From Planctomycetales bacterium (lineage in GTDB: Bacteria; 4484-113; JAFGCY01), in NCBI GenBank assembly GCA_022646745.1, contig CP060262.1, positions 1,710,001 to 1,742,000 of the forward strand: a DNA stretch of 32,000 nt, given 5' to 3'. Both the position numbers and the translations under genes were made by a program. Below the pieces are notes generated by a model. The model did no database searches, was not told the DNA's origin, and worked only from the letters and a program-made list of their open reading frames with translations. Positions 31,077-32,000 of this stretch are shown here, piece by piece. Within the stretch, counting starts at the first letter, position 1; every line of letters starts with the position of its first letter.

Positions 31077-31625
31077 ATGGCCCATTGCTGGCATGACGTA
31101 CCGATCGGGGACAACGCCCCGCGCGAATTCAACGCCGTGATTGAGATCATGAAGGGCGGCAAGGTTAAGTACGAGCTGGACAAGCCCACCGGGCTGATGC
31201 GGGTGGACCGCGTGCTCTACAGCTCCGTGTTCTACCCGGCCAACTACGGCTTCATCCCGCAGACGCTGGGCGACGACCACGACCCGCTTGACGTGCTGGT
31301 GCTGATGCAGGAGCCGGTGTTCCCGATGAGCATCCTGCGTGCCAAGCCGATCGGGGTGATGATGATGGTTGACCAGGGCGAGAACGACGAGAAGATTATC
31401 TGCGTGCACATGGACGACCCGGAGTACAACGGCTTTGACCACATCAAGGAGATCCCACGCCACCGGCTGTTCGAGCTGAAGGCCTTCTTCGAGGACTACA
31501 AGAAGCTCGAGGAGAAGGATGTGAAGGTGGAGGATTTCCTCGGCCCGCTGGACGCGATCACGGCGATTGAGAAGTCGATGGCCAACTACGTGAGCAAGTT
31601 CGGCGAGAAGGGTGTCGGTGTCTGA
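31077..31625 (+). CDS. ppa: inorganic pyrophosphatase (family I)
   Basis: 182 aa. Contains [37 protein letters not shown] and DEKII motifs. Confidence 0.92.
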   Translation: MAHCWHDVPIGDNAPREFNAVIEIMKGGKVKYELDKPTGLMRVDRVLYSSVFYPANYGFIPQTLGDDHDPLDVLVLMQEPVFPMSILRAKPIGVMMMVDQGENDEKIICVHMDDPEYNGFDHIKEIPRHRLFELKAFFEDYKKLEEKDVKVEDFLGPLDAITAIEKSMANYVSKFGEKGVGV

Positions 31626-31750
31626 GAATTCCGGGATTTGTGATTTATCTTTGATTTAACCGGACTTAAAGAACCGATCTTGATTAATAATGGTCTAGTG
31701 TCTTGGTGGGGTCTGCCCCCGGGGCAAGGCACAAAGATCGGGAGTCAGGA

Positions 31751-32000
31751 TTGGCGCAGTTCGTGAATCTCAGTAACAGCATCCTGCTGATGACAATGCT
31801 CATGCTGGCGTTCAGCTGGGCATTGACTTCGATTCGCCGCTCCCTGCCATCCCTCCAGCGTTTCACCGGCATGCTGATGTTCACCGGGATCGCCCTGATC
31901 GCCAGCTTCGTGATCATTCCGCTGCAGGAAGGCGTGATCCTCAACCGCGGCGCTGAGCGCCTGCACTGGGTGGACCCGAGTGCAGCCACCATCGTGATCG
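31751..32000 (+). CDS. membrane protein, N-terminal fragment (runs off the window)
   Basis: The frame is open from 31691 to the window end. TTG at 31751 follows GGGAG (31740-31744). The translation has two hydrophobic helices (ILLMTMLMLAFSWAL and MLMFTGIALIASFVIIPL). The start codon is uncertain. Confidence 0.45.
   Translation, partial: MAQFVNLSNSILLMTMLMLAFSWALTSIRRSLPSLQRFTGMLMFTGIALIASFVIIPLQEGVILNRGAERLHWVDPSAATIVI

Overview
This is a G/C-rich bacterial chromosome segment, with strong GC3 bias in the coding frames. It carries mostly housekeeping genes. On the minus strand these are ftcD, the rbfA-nrnA-truB operon, a beta-CASP RNase, two aminotransferases, a threonine/serine dehydratase-family enzyme and a 2-hydroxyacid dehydrogenase. 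On the plus strand they are pepC and ppa. There is one tRNA-Leu(UAG), two very large PKD-repeat surface lipoproteins, and several secreted or lipoproteins of unknown function. Many long ORFs in the track are antisense shadow ORFs of real genes, which is typical of high-GC DNA.

The unusual part is the non-coding DNA. Roughly a tenth of the window is highly structured intergenic sequence. Five intergenic slots hold cassettes bounded by near-perfect inverted repeats. These repeats are arrays with a 7-nt period, in three families: GGGACCN, GGGATGN and CAGTNGT. One cassette carries a self-promoted four-helix-bundle gene of the Avd / 23S-IVS family. The other four have no ORF.

The window also encodes a RAYT-type HUH tyrosine transposase, GTAG-headed REP-like hairpins, and a conserved 55-nt element present at two loci. 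A 97-bp tandem repeat lies just 3' of the tRNA.

Two sharply A/T-rich islets look foreign. The left edge holds an IS transposase remnant plus a small RNxxxH (HEPN-like) protein. The region around 26.1-27.6 kb holds a 14-cysteine secreted protein plus a secreted partner, behind an (AG)10 tract that follows a TTGACA box.

I found no CRISPR array, rRNA, integrase, reverse transcriptase or complete known defence system. All functional calls come from motif recognition by eye and need database confirmation.
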